Shown here one piece after another: positions 61,821 through 64,000 of a DNA stretch of 64,000 nucleotides. This DNA comes from Ginglymostoma cirratum (taxonomy: Eukaryota): contig JAHRHZ010000094.1 of assembly GCA_024137785.1 (NCBI GenBank), positions 1,476,558 to 1,540,557 on the forward strand, written 5' to 3'. A program made the translations under genes and the position numbers. Under the pieces are notes generated by a model, which saw nothing but the letters and a program-made list of their open reading frames with translations, was not told the DNA's origin and ran no database searches. Numbering within the stretch: the stretch's first letter is position 1; each line of letters begins with the position of its first letter.

Positions 61821-62734
61821 GGTATTCCATCATACTCCTTACAGATTGTGGACAGGTTTTGGGGAGTCAGGAGGTGAGTTACTCACTGCAGTATTCTGAG
61901 TCACTGACCTGCCCCTGTAGCCACCCTGTTTATATGGCGAGTCCAGTTCAGTTGCTAGTCAATATTAACGCCCAGGATGTTGAAAGAGGGAATTCAGTGA
62001 TGGTTAGAATCTCTGTAATTGGGGATGGATATAACCAGGCATTTGTGTGGCATGACTGTTACTTGTCACTTGTCAGGCCAAGCCCGGATATTGACCAGGT
62101 GGCATTTGGACGATGGACTGCTTCAGTGTCTGAGGTTACAGGAGAAGAAATCTATAGGCCTGGGTTAATAAGCTGACGCACTATCTGCTTCCTCAGAGCA
62201 CCACATGGTGTAATAAGAACAGCAAAACTATTGTCCCCATTTCTCATTAAGTCCTTCACTTGTATTAATAAACATCAATTGTTCATTATTACGTTGCTGT
62301 TTGTGGGATCTTACTGTGCACAAGTTAGCTGCTGCACTGTCTACATTACAACAGTGAGTACACTTCAGAAGAATGACATTAACTACAAAGGACTTTGTGA
62401 TGGCCTGAGAGACTGCATAAGATAAATATATTCTTTGTCTCTTGAAACTTTGCATGAATTTGCATTGGTTGCAAATCTAACCACTTTGTTTCATTTCCTC
62501 TTAAGTATTTTGGTAAATAATAACTGTGAATCACAGTCATATAAATAGTATCAGATGGGAACATTGAGAAACAATTTCTTTTAAATTGCACACAGTGTAA
62601 TTTTTTGATGTGTATGTTGTCATGTGTTGGGAGGAGGGCACTGTATTTCTCTGGCTTTAGCATTCCACTAGTCACAACATATAATTCAATAAAAAATGTT
62701 TTACCTATTTATCAATTTGGCCAATTACATAAAC

Positions 62735-63410
62735 ATAGAGTCATAGAGATATACAGCACAGAAACAGACCCTTTGGTCCAACAAGTCTATGCTGAACATA
62801 ATCCCAAACTAAACTAGTCCTACCTGCCTGTTCCTGACCCATATCCCTCCAAACCTTTCCTATCCATGTACTTATCCAAATGTCTTTTAAACATTGTAAT
62901 TGTACCCACATCCACCACTTCCTCAGGAAGCTCATTCCACATGGGAACACCCTCTGTGTAAAAAATTTGCCCCTCATGTCTTTTTTAAATCTCTCTCCTC
63001 TCACCTTAAAAATATGTCCCCTAGTCTTGAAAACCCCCATCCTAGAGAAAAGACAATTATTATCAACCCCATCTATACCTTTTGTAAGGTCTCCTCCCAA
63101 CCTGATACGCTCCGGTGAAAAAAGTCCCATCCTATCCAGCCTTTCTTTATAATTCAAACCTTCCATATCCGGCAACATCCTGGTAAATCTCTTCTGAACC
63201 CTCTCCAGCTTAATAATATCCTTCCTATAACTGGGCGACAAGAACTGGACACAGTATTCCAGAAGTGGCCTCACCAATGTCCTGTACGACCTCAACATGA
63301 TTTCCTAACTCCTACACTCAAAACGACGGAGCAATGAAGGCAAGTGTGCCAAATGCCCTTTTAGCCACCCTGTGAACACAAACTTCAAAGAATTAAGTAC
63401 CTGCACCCCT
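62735..63410 (-). mobile_element. CR1/HER1-type LINE 3' fragment (relatively young)
   Basis: ORF 62741..63298 RTLVRPLLEYCVQFLSPSYRKDIIKLERVQKRFTRMLP. Confidence 0.9.
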
Positions 63411-64000
63411 ATGTATATCACTATTCGAGTTGTTTCACAATACAGATCCACCAGTCACATTTCTGTAACAAAACTAAAACAGCTGATATTTTTAAATAAA
63501 ATGTGATTTATTCAATAAAAGCGTACTAACACGCAGTTTGGCATATGACATCATACAGGCAGGTTAAAGATTTAAAATGGAGCTTTCTTTGCAGAGATTA
63601 ACTTTCAGAAATAACTTTGGCTGGAGAATTGCTAGCTCTTGAGTAGAAAAGGGATGAAAGATTCCATCTGGCTATCATACATTAAGATAGATCTCGAAAC
63701 ACAGATGGTTGTCACTAAATACGTATCTTTTTCCCTGGAATATCTTCAGATGCAGTTTATTCAGGAGGTGTTAATAGGAAGTCTTTGTAAAACTGTCCCA
63801 GGAAGAAATGGCATCTCTATTTGCTGCCCTCATTCTAGATTCTCGGAAGACTTTTCAAAATAGATGGAAGAGTAATTGACTTCTCTCAGCAATCAATTGA
63901 ACTCCAAACCATTTCAACTATCCACAACTCCAGGCAATTCCTGGATGGGTACATGAATAGGAAGGATTTAGAGAGATATGAGCCAAATGCTGGCAAATGG

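Noticed and set aside
61439-62176. 245-aa ORF as a host gene
   Set aside because: A chimera of a CR1 LINE C-terminal remnant and an antisense fragment of another LINE.

Overview
This is eukaryotic, repeat-rich genomic DNA, almost certainly from a cartilaginous fish (shark-type HE1/V-SINEs, CR1/HER1-type LINEs, Deu-domain SINEs, Penelope-like elements). Positions 939-~15.1 kb hold the last five coding exons and long 3'UTR of a matrin-3-family gene (+). The main finding lies at 23-54 kb: two paralogous immunoglobulin-superfamily genes arranged head-to-head, with ATGs about 6.1 kb apart. Both splice into intact frames with phase-1 GT-AG introns. Gene A (-) is leader-V-C1-C1-C1-TM-short tail (~502 aa); gene B (+) is leader-V-C1-C1-TM-short tail (~395 aa). 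Each has one germline-joined VJ exon with no recombination signal found, and an unusual W-C-x-C motif where Ig/TCR have [FW]-G-x-G. By hand alignment the V and first C1 domains are only ~35% and ~50% identical, but the membrane-proximal C1 exons are ~96% identical in DNA, forming an inverted repeat suggestive of gene conversion. Gene A also has an Ig-heavy-chain-like G|GTAAA donor, an in-frame stop and an intronic AATAAA that could give a secreted form. Several minimal hammerhead-ribozyme motifs of Penelope origin are present. All gene models are hand-built without transcript data, and novelty could not be checked against databases.
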